From: Paraphysomonas bandaiensis
Lineage: Eukaryota; Protista; Chrysophyceae
Assembly (NCBI GenBank): GCA_965644295.1
Contig: CBFFRP010000368.1
Location: 1 to 49,903 of the forward strand
DNA: 49,903 nt
Reading direction: 5' to 3'
Part shown: piece by piece, positions 11,889 to 25,224 of the stretch
Position numbering within the stretch: position 1 is the first letter of the stretch
Layout: each line of letters opens with the position of its first letter
Notes under the pieces: model-generated
The model's database searches: none
What the model was told of the DNA's origin: nothing
Seen by the model: the letters and a program-made list of their open reading frames with translations, nothing else
Translations under genes and position numbers: made by a program

Positions 11889-12199
11889 TATTGATGGATC
11901 TTGCAATTGATGGATATTGGTGTTATAACTTTGAAAGGCAATAGCTCAAACGGTAATAAAATGCCAAACATAGTCTGTATCTGTTCTGTATTTAGCACTT
12001 CGTACAAGACCGGACCTTGCCTATATATTCCGTCGAATTATTATCGAGATAATAATATAGCAGTAATCCTACGTATGCATCTTGTCGGTTAGAATTCTAC
12101 TTATTGAAATATCTGCAAGGAACGACGAATAAAGGAATCTTAGATACGATCTTAGATATATATTATAATATTATCACGATCTTATATTTTCAATATATA

Positions 12200-12480
12200 T
12201 ATACTATTCGATTAGGGTTATTGCCTGCGGTAGTGGTGAAGATAGCCATATACGTTTGCAATGTATCCAAAATCAGGCTATTCGGTTTGAGCGTTTGCAA
12301 TCTCAAGAGAGGCAAAAATGCAGCTATATGAGAATATGATATTACAAAACACATGTAGCAGGGGCAACTTGTAACGAAATAAATATTTCTAATAACAACT
12401 ATTATTTCGACTTCTTTTTATCGTTTACCCCTCTGATACAAATTACAGTAAAAAATAATTCAATACTTAGATGCTTTACC
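12200..12480 (+). repeat. Repeat family B copy
   Basis: TCTCAAGAGAGGCAAAAAT..CAATACTTAGAT also at ~24000-24182, and largely present reverse-complemented at ~43810-44045. Confidence 0.85.
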
Positions 12481-12481
12481 A

Positions 12482-12511
12482 GGTTAGGGTTAGGGTTAGG
12501 GTTAGGGTTAG
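12482..12511 (+). repeat. Interstitial telomere-like (TTAGGG)n, ~4-5 units
   Basis: ggttagggttagggttagggttagggttag. Confidence 0.95.
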
Positions 12512-12579
12512 TTTGGTATTATACTGTTAACTGCTAACCACACCTGTATTCTTTATGTAATGGTCATATTTAAAATACC

Positions 12580-12857
12580 TAATATATGTGTCACTTGTAT
12601 AGACGTCTTTGAGATTTGACGAATAAACAGACATCCGGGGTATTGGGTTGCCTACTGAAGTCAAGCATCCGGGCCAGTTCACCTTAAGAACAAAGAGCGA
12701 AAGTGGTTGCACCTTGGTACTTGTGGTGACGCACAAGCAGCTTTCGTAGCGCAAAATAGTAGGGTGTCAGAGTTAAGCACTTGTTAGTTAAACAGTTTTG
12801 CTACATTAGTTCTGACTATTTCATACCTATTGCTAATAATCAGACATTCACTGCTAT
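12580..12857 (-). repeat. Repeat family A copy with terminus
   Basis: Reverse strand reads GAATGTCTGATTATTAGCAATAGG..CGCTACGAAAGCTG..CCCGGATG. Confidence 0.88.
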
Positions 12858-13129
12858 GAAAGACATTGTCCTATATGGCTGCGTTATTCAACATGCTGTT
12901 TTTACAAATGTGCGCATATACATTGTCTCAATTTGACGGTTTCGTGGTAAGATGCCACCTAAACACCACAACACTCTTGCTCCGAAGTGTAAAGTTATTA
13001 ACTTATATATTGCAGTGGTGTAGGGATTATACTAATACAATAAACCTCATACCATAGGCAATAATTGGCAACATAGCATTGACGAATAATTTAAAAATGT
13101 AATACTTGAGTTCCTCAATGGAGAATGTC

Positions 13130-15122
13130 TCACTTAATACAAGGAATTGCGCACCCGTCACTGCGTGGATCTGACCCTCCAGCTAGTACTCCCTCTGGAC
13201 TGCGCTTGATCACCTGGCCGCGCCCAAACACACTCCTAGCCGAACCTTTCTTGATGGTTATTACGTTATGACCAAGTGACTGCAATTCCTGCACTAAAGT
13301 CTCCCCTTCATCCTTATCATCTCCCCCATCACCACGCCCTCCATAGCAGTGTTCGATGAACACGTTACTCGTCTTCACATCCTGTGGGTCCTGAGTGTTC
13401 CCGACATACGCCAGACACCACCTAGGTGCATCCAGAGCACTCTGAGGATCCATACCAAAATCTACAAGGTTTCGTAGAACCTGTAGATGCCCTTGGGGCT
13501 GCATAAATCCTCCCATGACCCCCAAAGTAGCATATAGAGACCCATCGGACTCGTTCGTGACAAGGGCTGGTATAATAGTATGATAGGGTTTCTTAAACGG
13601 TGCAACAGCATTGGGATGACCGCGCTTCAGGGAGAAGTTGTGCGCTCTATTTTGAAGGGTAAACCCACAACCTTCAGGGACAATTCCAGTTCCAAATCCC
13701 ATATAGTTCGAATTGATCATGGAGCACGCATTTCCCTGTCCATCAACAACACAAAAATATACTGTTTCTGATGTCACGTAAGGATTGGATGGGTCGCCAG
13801 CGCCTATTGCGGCATTACTAAACGCAGGGGAAGTGTGAACGAGTTTCGCTCGTTCTTTGGCATACGCTTTGCTCAGTAGTACGTCCACAGGAACTTCAAC
13901 CTGTACATCAATATATTAAATATTTTAATTACATTGTTGTGAAAAAAATTATTATCACATAACAAGACGTTATGATTGCAGCCTTCCATACGAGAGCTGT
14001 TCACGAATGGGTAAACAATACCTGCTCAGGGTCACTAATATGCTGCAAAGCGTCTGCGAACGCCAGTCTCATGGCCTCTATCCCCGCGTGTGCCTGCGCT
14101 ACACTTCCTCTACGTGTCTCTGGCGTTCCATCCATCTGGTCCGGATAGAGTTCTTCCATCACATTCAGTGCCATGAGCGCAGCAATACCATGGGTCGGTG
14201 GAGGTGTCTCATACACTCGATAGCCCTTGTATACTGTACTTGACGGATTCAATATGTCTGTACGATGCGCCGCTAAGTCAGAGGAAGATAATACGCCTCC
14301 AAACGAAGTAGATGCTTGCACAATCGCATCAGCAATTCGACCTTCAAATGAGTGATTATGCTCCTTATGACATAAAAGATCGTCACAATAAAGCAAAACA
14401 AACCTTTATAAAACCCTTCTTTGGCCCCCTTTTCAGAGAGTTCTCGGAAAGTTCTAGCCAAGTCTCGGTTGTACACAACTTCACCTGCAGCAGGTGGACG
14501 TCCATCTGTTGGATGCACATTGTCAAAGTTATGCATTGCTATATTCGAATTAAATACCCGGTCTGAACACTTTCATTGCCTCTTCACCCTGCAAAAAACC
14601 ACCAGCCCATTGAGAAGCGGTCACAGGCCCCAGCACAAAACCTTCTTCCCCAAGAGCTATGGCTGGTGCCAATACATCCCCCAAAGATTTTCTTCCCTTG
14701 GAAAGGACAACATCCTCCCATAAACTCGCCGCTCCCGGCACCGTGATACACAGTCCACTATGAGGGTCGAGAGGCAACTGTGATGGCTGTACTCCTATCC
14801 CTCTAGAGTCCAATACATCAAGGGACAAACCCTCAGGCGCCGCACCATTGCCCATAAAACACGATACCTCCCTTGTCGATGCATCGTAGTACAGAGCAAA
14901 AGCATCCCCTCCAATACCCGTGGAACACGGCTCTATTATGTTAAGAGCAGCGGCCATGGCGACAGCAGCATCAGCAGCCCCTCCCCCGCTCTCAAGCACA
15001 CTCCGGCCGATAGAGGCAGCCAGCGGCTGAGTACATGCGCACATGCCCTTCGTGGAATACACAGTCGACCGCCGACTATTCCACACATCCATGTCATATT
15101 TAGTTGTCCAACAGTCTGTCAT
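13130..15122 (-). CDS. ggt: Gamma-glutamyltransferase (YwrD/cephalosporin-acylase-like); exons 15122-14558, 14505-14404, 14341-14022, 13900-13130
   Basis: GGAADAAVA, TGIGGDAFALYY, ITVPGA, ETPPPTHG, nucleophile ETVYFCVVD..NSNYMGFG, KPYHTIIP, GVMGGFMQPQGH, GGSDPRSDG. GT-AG introns keep the frame. Confidence 0.96.
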
Positions 15123-15183
15123 GCTCAGACCCCCTAGCAATAGGCAAAACAATGACCTACAAGTCAAAGAAATAGTCACACAA

Positions 15184-15415
15184 ATACATACATACATACA
15201 TACATACATACATACATACATACATACATACATACATACATACATACATACATACATACATACATACATACATACATACATACATACATACATACATACA
15301 TACATACATACATACATACATACATACATACATACATACATACATACACAGACATACATACACATACATACATACATACATACCTACCTACCTACATACC
15401 TACATACCTACCTAC
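15184..15415. repeat. (CATA)n microsatellite grading into (CCTA)n
   Basis: About 230 bp of tetranucleotide repeat. Confidence 0.99.
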
Positions 15416-15584
15416 AGCAGTATTATGCTATGCAGAGAGGTGTGCTGTGTTGGATTTTTTCTTTGAGAATTTAAATATTTCGTTTTTAAAATTAATAGTT
15501 TGGCACATTGCAAAGCGGTGTGTAATCTCTCATTTGAGGTTTCATTGAGGCGATTTATATTTGTATTGGATGATTGATTCCGTG

Positions 15585-18500
15585 ATGGAGGAGTGGAGTG
15601 GCAGTAGTATAGAGGGTAGTTTAGATCATGGTGATGACTTCGATTCTCCTCAAGTCGCAAAGACTTCCCAGCAGACTCACTCTAGTCGTGTGTATGAGTT
15701 TGAGGCTGAAGTGCATAAAGCTGAACGTGCTTTCGCCTCCAGCAGTGCATTTTTTGAACAAGGAGATTCGTCGGGGCGTCGTGACAATGAGTCGAACACG
15801 AGCGGAGATTTCGCGTTATCTGAATTAGGTCGCCAGTCGTTCGAACAGACAACTTCCGGAGGACTTGACATTAATGAAATATTGGATGAAGAATCGACAC
15901 GTGAGCAGCCACACGCTGAAAAGGATCAGTTCAGCTCAGCACGCGATTCAAAGGAAGATTTTGCGGCACTATTAATCCCAGCTTGTGTGAAAGTCAACTC
16001 AACTCTCACCCAGTATGGGTATTCCGTTATTGATTTAACTGCATCAGATATAGATGTACAACGTCGTAGTATGTCTGTGTTTATTGTGGATGCATGGGCA
16101 GAATCTGTGTTAGGATGCATCCAGGAGTTAATTGAAAAGCAGCACACGTCGCAAGAGATCATTCAGGATGCATCTTCCAGTAGAGGTTTCAGTGATGCCG
16201 CAAATGAAGTACTGGAAAGTCGCTTTAGAACACTTGAATCACGTTATGAGAGTTGTATTCGGAAGGAAAAAGAAACTCGGCTGATGTTCGAGTCTAAAGG
16301 TCCGTGTTTCTCGCCCTGATTATAAAATTGTCTCGACGATCTGAAAGAAAAATGCCACTTCTGTTCTTCATATTTGATTTGCGAGTTTTGACCTTTTATA
16401 CTTCGTAGAGAAGGAATGCGAACTTTTAAAGAAACAATTAGCCGACCTCAACTCAGAAAATAAGAAGAAAATAAGGAATCTCGAGCACGTTGTTCAGGTA
16501 TTGCAAGTTTTTCCCACCTAAAACTTTGCAATTGGATATATCATTGATTTCTGTTATGATAGTTTTTGTAGTTTACGTGTGTGCTATCTTGTTGTATTTG
16601 AGTCAGTGCTGCTGCGCAGGAGAGTGACCGTAAACTCCGTCAACGGGACGTCGATATCGAAAAGATGAGGGGAAAGTTCCAATCCCTTGCTAACCGTAAC
16701 CGCACAGATAGTGCCCGAATGAATCGTGCAATGAGTGCTCATGTCCGTGGAGAAGCGGGTACTGTGATATCACATAACTCTTCCCCTTCCACTCCAGTTG
16801 GACACACCTCACAAATGATATCTTCTCCCGCGTCAAGGATTAAAGACTCTCCTGTAACCTCTCAGGATATAATATTTGCACTTGAATCGGAACGATCTGA
16901 ACTTCTGCAACACACATCTGAATTGGAAAGTCAAGTCGCTTCTTTGACGAAGAAGCTGTCCAAAATTATTAATGACAGCCAGAAAGGCGCGGCTGATGAT
17001 ATGCTAATATCCACTTCTACTCCTGTTCGATCTACACCGAAAGCATCTGATAATGCGCCAGAAGCGAGCACCTCATCGCACGAAACTATTCGAGAGCAAT
17101 CCACTCGCATTCAACAGTTAGTACACCAACTTGAGATGGAAAAGCAAAAGACATCCCGTCAAAATGATGACATCGAAGCAATACGCAATCGGTATAGTGA
17201 AATGAAGAGCGAGGTAGAAAATCTGAGGATAGAACTGGATGCGAGACCCACCGTCCCTCAATGGAATGAAAAGCTACGCCAAGTAACACAATTGGAAAAT
17301 GAATTGCACGACGTTATCCTTCTGCGCGATGAATCACATGAGATATCTGAGTGGAAAAGGCACCTAAGCACACGAGAAAAAATAAAAGCTGATCGCCGGA
17401 ACCATGAGCTGAAGCTCTGGTTGCTGGACTCCCTTCCCAAGAATGTGATGAAAGATGTGCTTCAAGGAATATGCAGAGAGTTGGACCTATGTGAAATTTC
17501 CGATATTATTCCAGCGATATCGAAGCTGAAGACTGTTGTAAGGGCCGTCCCGCGAATGGAAAAATTCATTACATCTGTGTGCAATTACGTATTCAGGCAC
17601 GAGTCGCCTAAACACGACGAGGGTGATGTGATAGCTAGGCCGGTGATGGAAGATGTGTTACCAGTTCTTAAACGGTACGTCTGCCTACGCTTATTTGACC
17701 TATGGGCACTGTCGATAGCCTTTTCAGTACTGTTTATGCTTACGGCTAATGCGTTACTTCAACTTACCACAGTTTACTGGCTTTGCTATGTGTGTAACTC
17801 ATACGACTTCGTATTTCTTTTTGTGCAGGTGGTGGTCCTACAAAAAAGATTTTCTTGCTCTCAGTGAGTTTCAAGAGAAAATATTTTATGTAGTTCGACA
17901 GGTGGATGCCACTAAAACGATTCGCTCATTTAACGATTTAGAGGTGAGTACTATCTATTGAAGAGCTACAGTGTGTGTTTATGTGTTTGTGTGTATTATC
18001 TCACTGTCTCCTGACAGGTGAGTCAGCTGGCGAAACCTTCCGATGAGAGCCCCGCGGCTAGTATTATCGAAACGCAGAGCTTCAGGAAGTCGGACTCTTA
18101 TTCCTTACCCATACAGTGCGTGCAACGTTCCCAATCAGAAGATGCTATTGTCAAGATTCAATCGTTAATAGATTTTCAAGACGAAATTTTCCGATCTGCG
18201 CAGAACTATGTCAGCGCTCAGAAGTTTATTTCAGAACGGCCCGATGTTATGGTTAACAGTCTTGTCAGCCATGTAATGTACTTATTTGGTGTGAAGTCTT
18301 TGCGTGGATTTATTCCACGAATGAATGAAGTATATTTGTTTACTCAAGAAATGTGTAATTTTATGACCACTCTGCGCACATTCTACAAAATGAAAACCTC
18401 ACCGGATGCTACAGTGATCACAGAGACATACCGCAGGGTAAAAGTAGATACACCAGAGGAACAGGCGGGTCGAAGAAAGAAGGACGTATTGGCGTCATGA
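15585..18500 (+). CDS. CEP70: Centrosomal protein CEP70-like; exons ~15585-16299, 16409-16497, 16620-17674, 17829-17943, 18018-18500
   Basis: Coiled coils plus C-terminal LVSHVMYLFGVKSLRGFIPRMNEVY resembling the CEP70 SHF..LF.V..L.G..PRMNEVY motif; consistent GT-AG phases. Start could be 15570. Confidence 0.82.
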
Positions 18501-18789
18501 GCTCTCTTGGTAGCTTAGACTGACTGTAGCATGCAAATAAATACCAATGATTTTGGTTTAAAATTTCGATGTAATAATAACGTTCTGTCCATTTCTACCA
18601 CCGTTTCAATTATATACGACTCATACATGTATTTTTGTATATATAAATTACGAATTCACGAGCCCTTACTCTACAAAGATAACAGCTTTACACGCCTTTG
18701 TTATTTACCATTCTTTTCTGCGCTACACTTTGATTCGAAATACCTTAGTTGGAATATAAGATTCAATCTTTTCCCTTCATTTAAATGAT

Positions 18790-19355
18790 AGTAGTGAATG
18801 TCTAATTATTAGCAATAGGTGTGTAAGAGTCTGAACTATTGTAGCAAAATAAGTTATCTAACTAGTGCCTAACACTGATATTTTACTATTTTGCGCTACG
18901 AAAGCTGGTAGTGTGTCATCGCAGGCCCAAGGTGCAACCACTTTTGCTCTATCATCTATCATTCAATGCAAACGCAGCGAGCAAGCAGAATGTTGATATA
19001 CCTGACATCTGCTAACTTCAGGATTTTTGAGACCTTAAGCTAAATAACACCCAGATGCTTGACTTCAGCAGGTAGCCCAATACTCCGGATGCCCTTGATG
19101 TGGGCCCATTCCTGAATGCCTGCTTATTTGTCAGGGCCCAAAGGCGTACACAACTACACAAGTGACGCTTATATTAGGGTCCCATATACCACACATTTTT
19201 TGATAGAGCACCTTGGGCCTGCGGTGACACACAACCAGCTTTCGTAGCGCAAAATAGTAGGATATCAGAGTTAGGCACTAGTTAGATAACTTATTTTGCT
19301 ACACTAGTTCAGACTCTTACACGCCTATTGCTAATAATCAGATATCCACTCCTAC
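18790..19355. mobile_element. Foldback/MITE-like family A element with ~145-bp inverted termini
   Basis: 18790-18935 is the near reverse complement of 19208-19355; the interior holds further family A modules. Confidence 0.8.
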
Positions 19356-20187
19356 GACGTATCTAATGTATTCCTGCATACAGATATAGCATATATTACT
19401 CTAAACTGAATAGAAGTGTGTTTGGTCGACGAAGTTGTCAAAGGTCATCGTATATATTATATGTGTCTTTACAATAATTTGATAAGTCGTTACATTTTAT
19501 ACCATGTGTATATTTGACTCATCATGTTTTATTACAAATTTATCAAAGGAAAGATTGTGTAGTTTGTAATAAATGTGGATGATATGTTGATAGTATATGA
19601 ATACATAACTTTTAACATATCGAATATATAGTGTACAGCTGCATAATAACTACAGATGCTGACAAATATAGCAATCACATGAAAACACGACACTTCGTGA
19701 TTATCAGGTCTTTCAGCGGTACTCATTAGCGTGAATTCAGTCCATTGTATGTCAACATATTTACAATAAACTACAAGCAGTTTCAATTACTAAACAATTC
19801 AGTTTGAACTAATTCCCCTTATATTCAGGCAAACACAGAATGTCTTCATATCTATTTGATGATCTGCTACACAATACTGCAGCAAGGTGAAGCAAGTTAA
19901 ACAAATTCATTTGGAACACATTAAACTGATGTAGTTAATTCAATTGTAAATATCTGTGACACCGCATAAATTGCTTCTACGTTAAGCTATCACACGTAGT
20001 AAATACGCAATAACGCAAGCGTCGTAAACAGTGACCCTACGTAGAGAAAACCACAATACTTGTAGAAAATGTAAAAAACGATACCTCCAGATATCAATAG
20101 TACTTCACTGGATACGTCACAATAATAAATAAAACAACACAACAAAACCTAGGCGTCAATATCGCCCAGATGTCCAGTCCTCGACAC

Positions 20188-20531
20188 TTAAGTTTCGTAA
20201 ATGACCTGCGTATCGATGTCATGTACAATACACTACATGATTATCATACCTGCAACTTTGCGTTAAAGAAAGGGATACTCATACCATCAAGGTCGTGAAT
20301 AATTTCATCACACATAGATAGGGGCAATATTATATTGACAACTGCACCACCAGTATATCTGACCACATTATCCTGGAAGGTGTAATCCAATGAAACCTTT
20401 CGGATATACCCATAGGGTTCGAACAAGCTTATAACATACATCAATCCCAATGAAGGGGGGATATTATTCACCACGAATGTGAATTCCTCGCCATTAAACA
20501 GATAGTATTGCTGCTTGGATGGATTCGGCAT
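20188..20531 (-). CDS. Small divergent RRM-domain protein (upstream exon possible)
   Basis: FVVNNIPP..SLFEPYGYIRKV..TGGAVVNI..IIHDLDGM..KLQV; probable 44-bp intron 20249-20206, then VIYET*. Confidence 0.6.
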
Positions 20532-20894
20532 ATCTGCATGAGATTGATGTGAAACGAATGACTTGACGAAAGAAATCGTTATACCTTCACAGAACCTTTA
20601 CAATGTTGTCGAGTCACTTTTTCGTCCCTCATCCTCTGCACAAGCATGGAAACTATTAGTCCAATGGCAACTGCTCTCTATCCCTAACCTCACTTACATA
20701 TGAACTCCGTGCCGACCCTACAGCCAATCAAACATACTCATACAGTAATATTGGAGTATTATTTGTTGATAACAAGATTAGACTCTTGTCTCCGTCCCTG
20801 CTGTGTTTTTGGATATACGGCATTAGGTATACTGGTATACTGGTATACTGGTATACTGCAGAACTCACCACTTACCACTTACTGGTACACGGTA

Positions 20895-20971
20895 CAGCGC
20901 ACTCGCGATATAACGCGGTTCCTACATCGCTATCGCGGTTTCCCTAATCGCGTTATATCGCGAGTGTGCTG
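20895..20971. mobile_element. 77-bp pogo/Tigger-like MITE
   Basis: 23-bp TIR CAGCGCACTCGCGATATAACGCG / CGCGTTATATCGCGAGTGTGCTG; TA on the left, TG on the right. Confidence 0.7.
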
Positions 20972-22689
20972 TGTACGGACGACTGCACTGCTGTTCTTTG
21001 AAGTTGGGATACTCCACCCGTCTATTCGCCAGATGGTTCGCTCTGATTATCACAGCGGCAGTGTGGGATCATTCGCTTCTCTAGTCGGGCATCATGCAGC
21101 TCAGTCCGTATATATATATTTCGGTTGTTGCGAGCTGCTTATAGCTCATAGTTTGCTCCATCGCACTTTCTTTAATCATATTCTCGTAAAAGCACTGGTC
21201 TGTAAGAACCACCCGGCCGGTTGGAGGATGTAGTAGATCAATGCAGGTGTTTTCATACGTATACATGTATACGGTATATGCCCCGTACCTCTACTTGAGA
21301 AATCGAAGCTCATGAAGTTGCTGTATATTTCATTTCGAAGTCTACATACAAATCAGTTTACGCCAACAGCTATAAGAGTATCTCACGACCCTTTTCGTCC
21401 CCCTTCTGCTGTAATAGTTACAGTAATATCTGGAAATATATCTTAGAAGAGAACTTTCGAAACTGGTGTATCATGCTCATGTTGGTTCATCTGATCGATT
21501 AAATCATACACTGTTAAACTATCGACTATTGCGATGTTAACCACAACATAGTTATTATATGCCAGTTCTACTGAACGAATTGCGTACAGATTGCTTTAAA
21601 GCTGCTCTTACATGTATTGATAGAAATTTATAGCAAGTTCTTGCTTTCGAAACAATTTCTCGAGTTGAAACTGTTTAATCCATGTATATCACATGCATTT
21701 GTTGAATGGGTAACATTGTCCACTTGAAATATTAACTTTTCCGTCATAATTATACTATTACACACACAACAACGAAGAAATCGAAGCAAAGTAGAAAAAT
21801 TCCTCCCGCTTTCCAATTCCATTCCATGAATGCCTGGTATATTCGCCCTCTCTAAACAGGACTAAAAAAGTCATTGTACAAGTGTTAATTGAGAAAATAA
21901 ATGATGATATCGAAGTGGTTGCAATATAGGGAATAGAGACTTGGCATGCCAGGGGTGTTGAGTTCTGCAGTATGATGCGATATATATTGTGCAATTGGAA
22001 AAGTCAACGCATAGGTGTAACGGGTGATTATAGTTACAGAGGAATTACATTCAGTTACTGATGTGTGACTATATAAGATATAGAAGTGACTGGTGAACAT
22101 ATGATAAACAATGTTGCTGAGAACAGATGTTTCAGCAGATGTTGTAGGAATATGTAGTGAAGTGTTTAGATTAATAATTATAATTTCTTACTTGAACAAA
22201 GCCTGATTAAGGTTTACGTGTACAGCAACGTTAACTTCAGGAAAATGTCCAATTCTAACAGGGAGTGTCCTGTAGGAAAAGGTGTCCTGTTTTGGAATAC
22301 GCATGTTTCTCTATGATAGAACTGTAGAATACGTTAAATACAATGTGAAAATTGGTAACACTTTTATAGAATTACTATATAGCTATCACTGTGATACTGA
22401 AGTATTATGACGATTCAAGGTAAGGAAGTTAATCAGAGGTCGATATGAAAGAAGTATAAATTATGTATTTTACATGATGACAATGCATAACTGTCTATTA
22501 TGCAATAAGAAATATCTATCTAGTCTAACAACTTAACTTTCTTTTACGATATCTAGACAAGTAAAAATGTTCAAAAAAGTAAATATTCTGAAGCGAAAGA
22601 AGGGTTATGGGGAGAGAAACCTGTCGCAGCATACCATCAAAAGTGGTGGTGCGATGGATAAACACGTCGAGACCAAAGTGTCACCTCAA

Positions 22690-22830
22690 GTGTGGAATGC
22701 GCATCACTGGTTGGAGTGAGTGATAAGACTTTTATGGCGGATTAGCGCAAGAGTATGACTCCTTAGCACTTAGAGCTGCTTATATGTTTTTACGCATGAG
22801 CCGTAGAAGCTATATCGGCAGCTACTGTAG
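22690..22830 (+). pseudogene. Possible decayed hAT-like transposase C-terminus
   Basis: KTFMAD*RKSMTP*HLELL resembles the R.SM.P...E.L.FL dimerisation-domain tail. Confidence 0.35.
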
Positions 22831-23718
22831 TTTAGTATTAAATAATTGCAAGTAATTATTTTGCAATTATAATTTACTACAATCTGCGTTGTTGTAGCCC
22901 TACTTTACAGACAACAACGACATCAAATTTTAAGGAGGAAATGAATTAGAGCTCATTCTGCATGTAAAGAGAAGATACACTCAGCTTTTAATTTTCATGC
23001 AGTTGAAGTTCAATTATATGAGCAAGATGACACCAGCAACTTATTATACTCAAAATGCAGTAAATATATATATGAATTGAAAAATTAGAAATACCATCAA
23101 TTAGATACTGCTTCCAAGGTATAATTGGAGTGCCATACTAGGCACTACACATAATTATAGACGGTACAAACTACATGTAGCTAGTTATAGATAGGTTCAG
23201 AATTACAATAGGACACGTTTAACATATGTTTCATTGTCTTCATTCTGAAACTGGGATAGGGATGTTATTAGGGGGGTCCTACTTTGCTGTGGTGAGCCGA
23301 ATGAAGACTCTGACGTTGATATCGCTGCTTAATCACATGAAGGCGTTAGGTAAGAGGGTAGTTGCAAAGCCAAGTTATTGAACTGGAAACATGTACAACA
23401 TGGTAGGACAAGATAGTTGTCGGCAGTGTGGTGTGATGCAGAATGCAGCCATGCTTGTGGAGAGAAGGGGACAATCTGAGCCTGGACCCGCTGATGTGAC
23501 ACAACCACGGTCTCCACAGAGACATTGAGCTGAGAGCTAGCTCAGAAGGTGTAACTTTTTGTTGGACTGTGTTTTCACCTGAAGAGGAAGAGAATAATAA
23601 AGAATGATACTAAGCTCCGTAAGTACTATTTTATATGCGCAATAATATCAAATAATATACCAGGTGGGGCTGCTCTACATTTCTTTTCTTCTTTACAATA
23701 GACCGCTATTTCTTCTAA

Positions 23719-24638
23719 AAGTCGAGGTTATACCAAAACCTGGTGAAATATTTGATGATGGTCGAAAAAGGGTTTAAATATGCACAACAACTAACTATAT
23801 GAAGATATTAATAGTGTGAAGAATGTTGTTTATAATATTTTTTACTCTTTTCTTGCATATTACTTCAGTTTTAAAGCAATAAAAGTCACCGACTACACAT
23901 TATATATATTATACAGTTCAAGCTATTCTGTCAAGCATAATATAGAGCTATTCTTTGTACAATACCCCACTACTACGTCGACGTTTCACGGTCACAACAT
24001 TCTCAAGAGAGGCAAAAATATGCAACTATATGAGAATGGGATATTACGAAAAACAAGTAGCAGGGCCAACCTGTAACGCAATAAATACTGCTAATAACAA
24101 CTATAATTGCGACTTTTTATTTATCTTTAACCTCTCAGATACAAATTATTACAATGTAAAATAACAACTCAATACTTAGATATGAAACCTGCTGGTGAAA
24201 TCTCTTTACCTCGACTTTTTGTTAAGTACTATGGATACTGGATAATATCTCGAACAATGAAAAGCTTTTTTGAATTATAATCGTCACTTTATTAGTTAAT
24301 ATATATTTTAGAGGCAATACTATATGAAAATTTGTGGTATGCGATTTTAGATAATTTATAGACAATCTGAAATATATTGACTGTAGAAGATCGTGATTAT
24401 AGAAGATCTAATAATCTTGATACGAATCTAGTTAAGATGTACGAATCCAGCAATTGACAATAAATGATAAGTGCTTCTATTGAGTTAGTTCAACGTTCAG
24501 TTCTTGATGTCTTTTTACCCTCGAATGCCCATGAACACTAGTTTAAACAAAACTCTGTCTAATTTTAGTCAGTAGTATCATTTGTAAAATTTTCCCAGGT
24601 TTCGACCGTTTCACCAGGTTTTATGCCCAGGTCGACTT
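23719..24638 (+). mobile_element. Repeat family B element with AAGTCGA(GGT) termini
   Basis: AAGTCGAGGT at 23719 pairs with ACCTCGACTT at 24208-24217. AAAACCTGGTGAAA (~23735) pairs with TTTCACCAGGTTTT..TCGACTT (24609-24638). Core shared with 12300 and 43810. Confidence 0.6.
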
Positions 24639-24640
24639 AT

Positions 24641-25224
24641 TGTAGCAAAATTGGGTATGACAAGTATGGGTGATTTAGGAGGTTGTTATGGCTGAAGAAT
24701 AAGATGAAGTGATGTAGGTTGTAGTATGAGATGAGATGTAGATGGTAGTTATGATTAGATTAGAAGATACGAGTATTAAGGCCAGATATAGGGTTGGAGT
24801 GTACCGTGACTATCCGTATATACGGATGTAACGGACGTTCATGGTAACCCGTACAGTATTATGATGGTATACGTAGGTATTCTGTAGGATGATATAGGAG
24901 TAGATAGCAGGATGTTAAGGGATTTCTATATGATTATTTCTGGAAGTAGAAAACTAGCTATTTATGGCTGGGAAACCACTTCTAGAATTAACTATGGGGA
25001 TATAGGTAGAAGAAGGATATGGAGTTTTAGATATAATAGTGAAAGTTGATATCGTAGTTGTTGAAAGTTAAGAAGTAGCGAAGTAAAGAGTAAGAAGAGG
25101 AAGTTAAGTGAAGAGTGTTGTGAGAAGACTATCCTACCCCACATCACCTGTGCACATGGACAGGGATGATAAGACCAGCAATGTTAGTCATGATAGCGAG
25201 GCTCAATCACCTGTAGTCGTTACA
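24641..25224. mobile_element. Solo LTR (584 bp)
   Basis: TGTAGC...GTTACA termini flanked on both sides by TTAT; strand-skewed non-coding composition. Confidence 0.65.

Noticed and set aside
15043-15474. ORFs with HTYI/MYVC repeats
   Set aside because: They are translations of the CATA microsatellite; the GGT start is better placed at 15122.
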